From Betaproteobacteria bacterium (GTDB taxonomy: Bacteria; Pseudomonadota; Gammaproteobacteria; Burkholderiales; SG8-41), in the NCBI GenBank assembly GCA_025353085.1, contig JANXRI010000099.1:1-45801 (forward strand): a stretch of 45,801 bases of DNA. The letters run 5' to 3'. Positions 39,001-45,763 of the stretch are shown piece by piece. The notes under the pieces were generated by a model. The model saw only the letters and a program-made list of their open reading frames with translations, did no database searches and was not told the DNA's origin. The position numbers were made by a program, and so were the translations under genes. Positions within the stretch are counted from its first letter, which is position 1. Each line of letters begins with the position of its first letter.

Positions 39001-39235
39001 ACACGCGCGCGTCGTGGTGGGCTCCGTCAGCTGGAAACCCGTCATTCTCGAACCGCGCGAACTGATTGGAAAAACATTCGACGACGCGCTCGTGCGCCGC
39101 TCCGTGCAAGCCGTGCGGACTCTCGCGCAACCGATGGCAGACGTGCGCGGCTCGGTTGCATACAAGCGCGAAATGGCGGTCGAGTTTGCAACGCGCGCAC
39201 TGCTGACCGCCTGGCAGCGCGCCCGGCAATCTTGA
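36005..39235 (+). CDS. Molybdopterin-binding large subunit (CoxL/XdhB-like) fused to a C-terminal FAD-binding medium-subunit domain (CoxM-like)
   Basis: The ATG at 36005 overlaps the small-subunit stop (ATGA). Residues ~1-765 carry the a/b-hammerhead and MoCo domains (KVTGAAQYVADL, EVGGGFGGKS, GPYGAKGLGE). After a ~30-aa linker, residues ~797-1076 carry FAD_binding_5 / CO-DH-flavoprotein-C features (FIFAKSVDEVV, VAGGMSH, TIGGSLG, VRGSVAYKREM). One uninterrupted frame in the ORF track. Confidence 0.85.
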   Translation: MNQRDRNVRPAESLLVVGKDVPRTDAIPKVTGAAQYVADLHMPGMLHAAVLRSPHPHARILDIDTTAAAALPGVKAVITGADTARKKWGCFRPDLYPLAIDKVRYVGDEVAAVAARDPETARAAVDLIKVDYEILPAVLSMDAAIEAGAPLVHDDTEGNIAHHFSFERGDVDGGFKASAVIVEGTWQSARQWHTSLETIGCVAQWTADRVSLWCNTQTPFLARGRYAIALGLPESKVRVVQTEVGGGFGGKSGDDNASVICALLAKKSGKPVKLIHTREEEFLASHPRMPMRYRVRLGFSRDGHIKAKEIKMLADNGAYTGKSQAILGAATVRHDALYKYPCARADSTLVYTNLVPTGAFRGFGNPSADWAVEQCWDLAAEKLGMDVVDLLRLNAVEPGDVSPHNHKITSCELKQCIDLSAHMIGWKKKRALRTPNRGLGIGCSVHVNGRRSFGDWDGSAAIVRINDDGRATIITGEGEIGQGTLTVLRQIAAEELGLPYEDVDITRPDTDVQPYALGALASRVTYVAGNAVQRAAAAALKQLLEAASAQFKLPPDELTVINGEVGPRRGRETDFKPVAAVVRAHIYQPNGQPIIGVGNFDNPSEFPDHSRYGNESGAYNFAAQTAEVEVDRATGRVTVLEIACAVDCGTVIHPAAAEGQVTGAVTQGLGLAVTEYFDWHNGVPTDPNLKDYPLPSAAMMPRIHVAFADSYEPSGPYGAKGLGEIGLDAVPAAIANAIADAVGVRITELPITAEKIYRALHPELFVNEDKSAAATPKGSVWTRLMAGKPSGARPPQAEFIFAKSVDEVVAALAAGDAAIVAGGMSHAVRRERTGFAQAKRLIAVARVPELKELSLDARGVLRANAAVSLQALYDDLSIRKNWQALDEALAAVGIVRLRRMITIGGSLGPLIGGFDLPVALLALNCRATVAGPGGRRVATLPELFEKRITKVEMVIGIEVDPLPAHTGSSFFKYMARNVLEIPTVNTAASVTVDADGICQHARVVVGSVSWKPVILEPRELIGKTFDDALVRRSVQAVRTLAQPMADVRGSVAYKREMAVEFATRALLTAWQRARQS

Positions 39236-39253
39236 CTACCCCGGAGTACCTGC

Positions 39254-40093
39254 ATGGCCGGCCCCACCGAAGGACAATTCACCACTGCCGACGGCTGTGT
39301 GATCGCATATACACTGCAAGCGCACGCCGACTCCAGCGCACCGCGCGTCGCGCTCATCCATTCGCTGGCACTCGATCGCAGCGTCTGGAATGGCGTCGTG
39401 GCTGAACTCGCGCCGCATGCTTCGATACTCGCTTACGACTGTCGAGGCCACGGCCGCAGTTCGCCAGTCACGATGCGCTACACCGCCGATTTATTTGCGG
39501 ACGATCTCGGGCAGTTGATGGACCACGTCGGTTGGCCCGCTGCTACGGTTGCCGGTTGCTCGATGGGTGGTTGCGTCGCACAAGCGTTCGCCGCCAATTA
39601 TGCAGAGCGCACTCAAGGCGCCTGCCTCATCGATACCACTGCATGGTACGGCGCCGATGCGCCGGCGAAGTGGCGCGAGCGCGCGGCGACCGCGATCGCA
39701 AAGGGCATGGGCGCGCTGATCGATTTCCAGGTCACGCGCTGGTTTACCGATGCGTTTCGCGCCACGCATGGCGAAACAATCGCGGCGCTGACCGCAGTAT
39801 TTCTCGCGAATGACGTACGCTGCTACGAGCGCACGTGCGAAATGCTCGGCACGGAAGACCTGCGACCGCTGCTCACATCGATCAAGGCGCCCACCGCTGT
39901 CGTCGTCGGCGCGGAAGACTACGCCACGCCCATCAGCATGGCCGAGGCGCTGCATCAGTCGATCCCGCAGTCGACGCTCACCGTCATCGCGCAGGGCCGG
40001 CATATCACGCCGGCGGAATGTCCGCGCGAAATTGCGCGCGAGTTGAAGAAGCTGCTCAACATTCAGCTATGCACTTTAGCGGGGACGCTGTGA
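39254..40093 (+). CDS. Alpha/beta-fold hydrolase, 3-oxoadipate enol-lactonase (PcaD)-like
   Basis: 279 aa. HSLALDRSVW N-terminal block, nucleophile elbow GCSMGG, C-terminal ...GRHITPAECP with the His. GGAG SD 8 nt upstream. Confidence 0.8.
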   Translation: MAGPTEGQFTTADGCVIAYTLQAHADSSAPRVALIHSLALDRSVWNGVVAELAPHASILAYDCRGHGRSSPVTMRYTADLFADDLGQLMDHVGWPAATVAGCSMGGCVAQAFAANYAERTQGACLIDTTAWYGADAPAKWRERAATAIAKGMGALIDFQVTRWFTDAFRATHGETIAALTAVFLANDVRCYERTCEMLGTEDLRPLLTSIKAPTAVVVGAEDYATPISMAEALHQSIPQSTLTVIAQGRHITPAECPREIARELKKLLNIQLCTLAGTL

Positions 40094-41052
40094 ACCCAAA
40101 CCGTTTCGTTGCGCTTCTCATTATTATTTGTGGAACGAACCGCGCGTCGGCGCAGCACTATCCGGCCGGCCCGGTGCGCGTCGTCGTGCCCTTCCCGGCC
40201 GGTGGTGGCGTCGACAGCGCCGGCCGCCTGCTCACGGCTAAGCTCACTGAAAGCTTCGGCAAATCGTTCGTCATCGAGAACCGCGGCGGCGCCAACGGCA
40301 ATATCGGCACTGAAGTCGTCGCCAGGTCCGCAAAAGACGGCTATACGCTGCTGTTTACCGGCGCGGGCTTCGTGACCAATCCAAGCCTGTATGCAAAAGT
40401 GCCGTACGACGCCGTCAAAGATTTCGAGCCCATCAGCCTGATGGCGCTGGGCCCCAATGTGCTGGTCGTGCATCCTTCGTTGCCGGTGAAAACCGTCAAA
40501 GACCTTATCGCGCTTGCCAAAGCGCAGCCCGGTGCGGTCGGCTTTGCGGGATCCGGCAGCGGCAGCACGCCGCATCTCGCCGGCGAACTATTCAACACAC
40601 TGGCCGGCGTGCACATGGTGCATATACCTTATCGCGGTTCCGGCCCGGCGATGATAGGGTTGCTCAGCGGCGAAACGCCGGTGATGTTCCTGCCGGCGAT
40701 CAATGCAGGGCCGCATGTTAAAGCGGGTCGTCTGCGCGCGATCGCTGTTACGAGTCGAGCGCGCCTCGCTTCGATGTCCGAGCTGCCGACAGTCGCCGAG
40801 GCGGGACTTAAGGGTTATGAATCGAGTCAGTGGTATGGCTTGCTCGCGCCGGCCGGTACTGCCGACGACATCCTGAATTCGTTGAGTTCGCAAGTCGTCA
40901 GGATCATGCAAACGCCGGACATGCAACAACGCATGCATAACGATGGCATAGTGCCGGTCGGCAATTCGCGCCAGCAGTTTGCGTCTTACATCAAAGCGGA
41001 GCTCGTCAAATGGGCCGATGTCATCAAGCGATCGGCCGCGCGCATCGATTGA
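40090..41052 (+). CDS. Bug family (TctC-like) substrate-binding protein
   Basis: The GTG at 40090 overlaps the hydrolase stop (GTGA). Signal peptide, then YPAGPVRVVVPFPAGGGVD. Confidence 0.85.
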   Translation: MNPNRFVALLIIICGTNRASAQHYPAGPVRVVVPFPAGGGVDSAGRLLTAKLTESFGKSFVIENRGGANGNIGTEVVARSAKDGYTLLFTGAGFVTNPSLYAKVPYDAVKDFEPISLMALGPNVLVVHPSLPVKTVKDLIALAKAQPGAVGFAGSGSGSTPHLAGELFNTLAGVHMVHIPYRGSGPAMIGLLSGETPVMFLPAINAGPHVKAGRLRAIAVTSRARLASMSELPTVAEAGLKGYESSQWYGLLAPAGTADDILNSLSSQVVRIMQTPDMQQRMHNDGIVPVGNSRQQFASYIKAELVKWADVIKRSAARID

Positions 41053-41181
41053 GCGGAATCGTAATTAGAGCGCAACATGAAAGCAGCGCAGGCGACTCGC
41101 CTGCATTCGTTGACACAGCAGGCGCGTCGCCTGCGCTACGCTTATTCTGAAATGCGCTTTCGATATATCAAGGCCTGCCGC

Positions 41182-42165
41182 ATGACCAAATTCCGCCTGC
41201 GTTCCATCATTGAGTTTTCGACTGGCGTTGGCGTGCTGATGCTGGCCCATGCCACTAGCGTGGCCGCACAGGCCTATCCGGCCAAGCCGCTGCGTATCAT
41301 CGTGCCGCAAAGTGCCGGCGGTTCGACTGATCTCGTCGCGCGCCCGCTCGCGAAGAAACTCGCCGACGCGCTCGGTCAATCCGTCGTCGTCGACAATAGG
41401 CCCGGCGCCGGCAGCGTGATCGGCACCGATCTCGTGGCCAAAGCCGGGCCCGACGGTTACACGCTATTGGCAGTCGCTGCGTCGGTCACGATGAGCCCGA
41501 GTCTTTATAAACTCCCGTTCGATCCAGTTCGTGACCTCGCCGCAATCAGCCAGCTCACCTCACTTCCCAATCTGCTTGTCATCCATCCGTCTCTGCCGGT
41601 TAACGCCGTCGCGGAATTCATCGCGTTCGCAAAAGCGCGGCCCAACCAGCTTAACTTCGGCTCGAGCGGTGTCGCCACCGGCACGCATTTATCGATGGAG
41701 TTGCTCAAGTACATGACCGGTATCAGACTGGTGCACGTGCCATATAAGGGGGGCTCGTTGAACGTCAACGCGCTGATCGCCGGCGAAACACAGGTGAATT
41801 TTTCGACCATTTCGACCGCGTTGCCGCACGTCAAAACGGGGCGCTTGCGCGCGCTCGCGGTGTCTACGGCGAAGCGCTCAGCGGCTGCGCCCGACGTGCC
41901 GACCATCGCCGAGAGCGGCGTCAAGGATTACGATTACTCGTCGTGGATAGGCTTGCTCGCACCGGCCAAAACACCGGCAGCCATCATTGCGCGACTCAAT
42001 GCCGAAGCGGTGAAAGCGATCCGCACGCCCGATATGAAAGCGATACTCGCGGTTGAAGCGTCGGAGCCGGTCGGCACTTCACCGGCGGAATTTGGCGCGC
42101 TCATGCAGATGGAAGTCGCGCGCTGGCTGAAGGTGGTCAAGGCGGCGGGAATTAAAGGGGATTGA
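41182..42165 (+). CDS. Bug family (TctC-like) substrate-binding protein
   Basis: Signal peptide (GVGVLMLAHATSVAAQA), then YPAKPLRIIVPQSAGGSTD. Start at the ATG at 41182. Confidence 0.85.
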   Translation: MTKFRLRSIIEFSTGVGVLMLAHATSVAAQAYPAKPLRIIVPQSAGGSTDLVARPLAKKLADALGQSVVVDNRPGAGSVIGTDLVAKAGPDGYTLLAVAASVTMSPSLYKLPFDPVRDLAAISQLTSLPNLLVIHPSLPVNAVAEFIAFAKARPNQLNFGSSGVATGTHLSMELLKYMTGIRLVHVPYKGGSLNVNALIAGETQVNFSTISTALPHVKTGRLRALAVSTAKRSAAAPDVPTIAESGVKDYDYSSWIGLLAPAKTPAAIIARLNAEAVKAIRTPDMKAILAVEASEPVGTSPAEFGALMQMEVARWLKVVKAAGIKGD

Positions 42166-42207
42166 GGATTGAAATGCCGCTATCCCCCGATCCTCAATCC
42201 TCGCGCC

Positions 42208-43845
42208 TCAATCCTGCCCTTCAGGCCTGAACTTTGTTTCCGGTTTGACCCCTTTACGTTGCAGCTTTTCGGAGACCCGGCCATTGTCGAGATAATCGCC
42301 CGCCACCGCGCGCCTGGCAGCATCCTCCCACTGCGGCGACCAGTCGCCTTGCGGCTCGCCAAACCACGGGGATTGCGGACGCAGCTTCGGCAGACCCAGT
42401 TCGTCCCATAATTGGTGCGCGCGTTCCATGTATTCGCGGCGCGGCAGTGCAAGCGGCGGCAATTCTTCCTTCATCGTCGCGTCCATCAGGAGCGTCGCAT
42501 CTGCGCGTTCAGCCTCGTGCTCGCGCTCCGGGCCGTGGCCCGGGCTGCGGTACGGCAGCACTTGCAGATCGCTTGCCGGATTCATGCGAAACGCGATTGC
42601 CCACAACAGAGCATCGGAATTATCGGCATCGATATCTTCGTTCACCGCCACGCAGATTTTCCCGCAGTCGGCCCTGAATGAAGCGGCGCCGTAAAGCGCT
42701 CGCCACACTTCGGTGCGCGGGGTGTCTTTCTCGAGGGTGATTATGCAGATGCGGCGCAATGCCGTCATGCGCTCGTGCAGCGTGACGCGTTTGACCCCGC
42801 GTATGCCGAGCGTATTTCTCAGGTGAGAGAGAAACATCGGTTCGTACGCAACGCGTTTCATCGCGCTCGATTCGCTCGGCGTGACCTGGCTTAAGTACGA
42901 AACGACGATCGCATGCCGGCGGTGCGTAATTGCCGTCACGCGCATCGGAATGTTGAATTCTTCGAGTGCGACGTGGCCATGCGATTCGCCGAACGGGCCC
43001 TCCGGCTCGACGCTCTCGGTATCGAGATAGCCTTCGATTACAATCTCCGCTTCGGCCGGCACCATCAAATCGACCGTGCGTGCGCGCACGATGTTGATCG
43101 GCGCGCCCGCGAGCCCGCCGGCAACGCCGATCTCATCGACATCGATCGGCAGCTTCTGCGGCGCGACAAACGCCACGCATGGCGGGCCGCCGAGCACGAT
43201 CGCGCACGGCATCGTCTTATCGCCGCGTTGCTGATGCTTGACGTAATGCCGGTAGCCGCCCGCTCCGCCCACGCGGGTCGCCATGCGCACGACCAGCCGG
43301 TCTGACGCCTTGAGCGCCGCGCGGTAGGTGCCATGGTTTTGCACACCCGTATCCGGATCGCGCGTGATGACGTTCGTCGCGGTCAGCGTCGGTGCGCTGT
43401 CGAATCCCGGCGTCGAAATCGGAATGGGCAGACTGTCGAGTCCCTGTCCGAACCCCAGCAAAGCCTCGCCTTCGATTACGACCTCCTGACAAACCGCGGC
43501 GGCGACTATACGCGGCGCAATCGGGTTTGCAATCGCATGGTCCCACCGCGCCTGCACTTCGTCTGCCTTGCAGCGCATGCCGAGACAATAAATTTCGCGA
43601 TTGCCCGCGAGCGCGCCAACGACCACCGGAAATGCATACTTGCGGCCGCGGCCGTCGATGACGTTCGTAAACAGGAAGGCCTTGCGCTCATGCTCCTCGA
43701 TGCCGCCGACAAACTGCCAGCGCATGAGCGGATGAAGCTGCGCGTCCTTGTCGACGGCGCGGTCGATGGTCAGCAGCAATCCCCGCTGCTTCAGACCCTC
43801 GAGATGCTCATGCAGGTCGGGATAACCCGGTGTTGCTTTGGCCAT
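42208..43845 (-). CDS. UbiD-family (prenylated-FMN-dependent) reversible decarboxylase with extended C-terminus
   Basis: 545 aa from the ATG at 43845. UbiD signature EGPFGESHGH and family-wide layout. The Trp-rich and charged C-terminal tail (LWDELGLPKLRPQSPWFGEPQGDWSPQWEDAA...KPETKFRPEGQD) extends beyond the ~490-aa canonical size. Confidence 0.85.
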   Translation of the reverse strand: MAKATPGYPDLHEHLEGLKQRGLLLTIDRAVDKDAQLHPLMRWQFVGGIEEHERKAFLFTNVIDGRGRKYAFPVVVGALAGNREIYCLGMRCKADEVQARWDHAIANPIAPRIVAAAVCQEVVIEGEALLGFGQGLDSLPIPISTPGFDSAPTLTATNVITRDPDTGVQNHGTYRAALKASDRLVVRMATRVGGAGGYRHYVKHQQRGDKTMPCAIVLGGPPCVAFVAPQKLPIDVDEIGVAGGLAGAPINIVRARTVDLMVPAEAEIVIEGYLDTESVEPEGPFGESHGHVALEEFNIPMRVTAITHRRHAIVVSYLSQVTPSESSAMKRVAYEPMFLSHLRNTLGIRGVKRVTLHERMTALRRICIITLEKDTPRTEVWRALYGAASFRADCGKICVAVNEDIDADNSDALLWAIAFRMNPASDLQVLPYRSPGHGPEREHEAERADATLLMDATMKEELPPLALPRREYMERAHQLWDELGLPKLRPQSPWFGEPQGDWSPQWEDAARRAVAGDYLDNGRVSEKLQRKGVKPETKFRPEGQD

Positions 43846-44117
43846 TGGTGTTCCCGATAAAAAAGGAGAAAGCACGCCATGCTGTCTGTCGTGCGCGCGC
43901 TATTTGTGAGGGGCGCGATTGTTTTGTTTGCCGAGAGCAGTCTAACGCGAACCGGAGCGCATCTCAAATGAGGCGTCGATCCGCAAGCACGCCGTGACCT
44001 GCGGCCGGCAGCCACGCCGTTAAACCCGCGCGATGCCATGCGCCAGGAGAAGCGAATCGTTGACGGGCGCGGCGGGCGCAGGGCTCGCGCTCCGGAGACG
44101 CGCGGGCGATGCAACGC

Positions 44118-45194
44118 TCACTTACGCCGAAACGGCGCCGCCAGCGGTTCGCCGATAAAGATTCCCTGCCCCGGCATTTGCACGCTTTTCCAGTACGCTT
44201 CGATCAACGTTTCGCCCTGCAGGTAATACGCGATCGCGATCGCCGGATGCGGAAATTTCTGCGCGATGTTGCACGGCTCGACGACAGTGCCATAACTGCC
44301 GGTTGCGCCGGCCTCCAGCCAGCGCACCGCACTCATCTGCCCGCTGTCGATCGATAACATGCCGCCGCCTGAAGTCAGGTGATCGGCGATGGCGCCCGGC
44401 AGAAAGTGCAGCGTTTCAAGTGACTCCACCCATTGCCGGCCGATAAAGTAAAACAACACGTCCTTCGCGTCCTTGAGCGACTCCTGCCCGAGAGTTCGCA
44501 CTTGCAGCCGCCCCTTCAGCATCTTTTCGACCAGCGGATAGCTCCCGGCGCGCACGCCGCGCGATCTGTCCCAGGCCGACACCAGATAAGCTGTGCCTGC
44601 GGGTTTGGTTCCATCGGATGCGACGCCACGCGCCACGACTTCAAGACTCTCGAAGCCCAGATTAGCCAATGCGAGCCGCTGTTGCCACGTCGGCACCATG
44701 GTGACCAGCGTGTCATTGTGAAATCGCCGCAGGTATCCGAGTACTGCTCTGCGCAACCAACCGACGCCATAGTGCCGGCTGTAGGCGTGGAAGTTTGTGC
44801 GAAAGTCCGAGGTCACCGGCAATTTCAATTTTTTTGCTGCCTTCAGGGCTGACCACCCGAGCGGCCCCTCGGTGACAATGTGGACCAGATCCGGCGGCTG
44901 GCGCGACCATAGTTCAAGCAGCGAGGCTTGCGCGGGCAAACCAAATTTCAACCCGGGATAGCGCGGCAGCGGCAATCCGCGCACCAACACGTCTTCGGGC
45001 GCACACCGTCCCGCGCGATTTCCATCGCAGTCCTGGCGCGGCCGCACTAATTGAATAGTGTGACCGCGCGCACGCAGTCCGCCGACAAAGTGCGAAACAC
45101 TCAAAGAAACGCCGTTAATTTCGGGAGGGTACGTCTCCGTAACAAAGGCGATTCGCAGTGATTTTCCATAAGGCATTGTTACTTGCTCGACCAT
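44118..45194 (-). CDS. Chimeric ORF: GT4 glycosyltransferase N-terminal domain fused to a TIGR03790-like C-terminal domain (possibly a fusion pseudogene)
   Basis: Residues ~1-192 (RIAFVTETYPPEINGVS..., HIVTEGPLGW, ...VVARGV) look like Glyco_trans_4. The Glycos_transf_1 catalytic half is absent. Residues ~200-358 (HLTSGGG, WLEAGATGSYGTVVEPC, FIGEPLAAPF) resemble an unrelated uncharacterised family. Confidence 0.6.
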   Translation of the reverse strand: MVEQVTMPYGKSLRIAFVTETYPPEINGVSLSVSHFVGGLRARGHTIQLVRPRQDCDGNRAGRCAPEDVLVRGLPLPRYPGLKFGLPAQASLLELWSRQPPDLVHIVTEGPLGWSALKAAKKLKLPVTSDFRTNFHAYSRHYGVGWLRRAVLGYLRRFHNDTLVTMVPTWQQRLALANLGFESLEVVARGVASDGTKPAGTAYLVSAWDRSRGVRAGSYPLVEKMLKGRLQVRTLGQESLKDAKDVLFYFIGRQWVESLETLHFLPGAIADHLTSGGGMLSIDSGQMSAVRWLEAGATGSYGTVVEPCNIAQKFPHPAIAIAYYLQGETLIEAYWKSVQMPGQGIFIGEPLAAPFRRK

Positions 45195-45667
45195 ATCGGC
45201 CGGCTGACTGGCGGAATGCCCGCCTCGCCGATACGATTTTTTGCATCGCTAGAATAAAATAAACCCGGCCGATTCTGTCTCAGCGGTGGACTCTATCTGC
45301 TGTAGGATTCGACTTACACAGTCATCAACCGGCAAATCCTACATGCGCCCTTTCCAAAGGTGTTCGGTCGTGATGATGATCGTCCGTTAGTCCGCAGCTA
45401 CCATAAGTAAACGTCTCACGCATTGGCTCGTTGCACTCAAGCTTTGATTGCTGATGGCAGTGAGGGACTGCGGACGGTGCTAAACTGACGCTGGCAAAAA
45501 AGTACGCAACACCAACACGGTGGACCCCCGTCCGACGCCCGCTTCGCCGAGGCGCGCCGCATCATCCAGGGAGTCGTTTCGTTTATGTCGAAGCTTTCGG
45601 TAGACGCTCAGTTGGGCGCTAGTGTGGTGCTTCGCAATTAACGAGACATTCCCTCCCCTTCAAGGGC

Positions 45668-45719
45668 CAGGGTGGGGATGGGGTGACATTTGGGCGCCAT
45701 TCCCCCATCCCCCTCCCTG
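45668..45719. repeat. GC-rich REP-like hairpin
   Basis: CAGGGTGGGGATGGGG - 19 nt - CCCCATCCCCCTCCCTG. The 10-bp core GGGGATGGGG (45674-45683) / CCCCATCCCC (45703-45712) is perfect. Confidence 0.45.
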
Positions 45720-45744
45720 ATGCCCCCTCGCCACTGCGCTTGCT

Positions 45745-45763
45745 CTCCCCCTTGAAGGGGGAG
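45745..45763. repeat. GC-rich REP-like hairpin
   Basis: CTCCCCC-TTGAA-GGGGGAG, a perfect 7-bp stem. It is related to CCTCCCCTTCAAGGG at 45652-45666. Confidence 0.45.

Noticed and set aside
45267-45399. tmRNA-like sequence snippets: GGCCGATTCTG (45267-45277), GGATTCGAC (45305-45313) and GTCCGCAGCT (45390-45399). They echo the E. coli ssrA strings GGGGCTGATTCTGGATTCGAC and GTCCGCAGCT.
   Set aside because: The first two pieces are separated by 27 extra nt. There is no T-arm (GGTTCGAxTCC) or CCA-adjacent acceptor strand on the same strand. No alanine-rich tag reading frame ending in ...LAA is present. The only TCCACC strings are on the opposite strand.
45492-45507. Sigma54-like TGGCA-N-GC element (TGGCAAAAAAGTACGC).
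   Set aside because: The GC of the -12 element is displaced by one position relative to the GG (TGGCAC-N5-TTGC consensus), and the TTGC is not matched.
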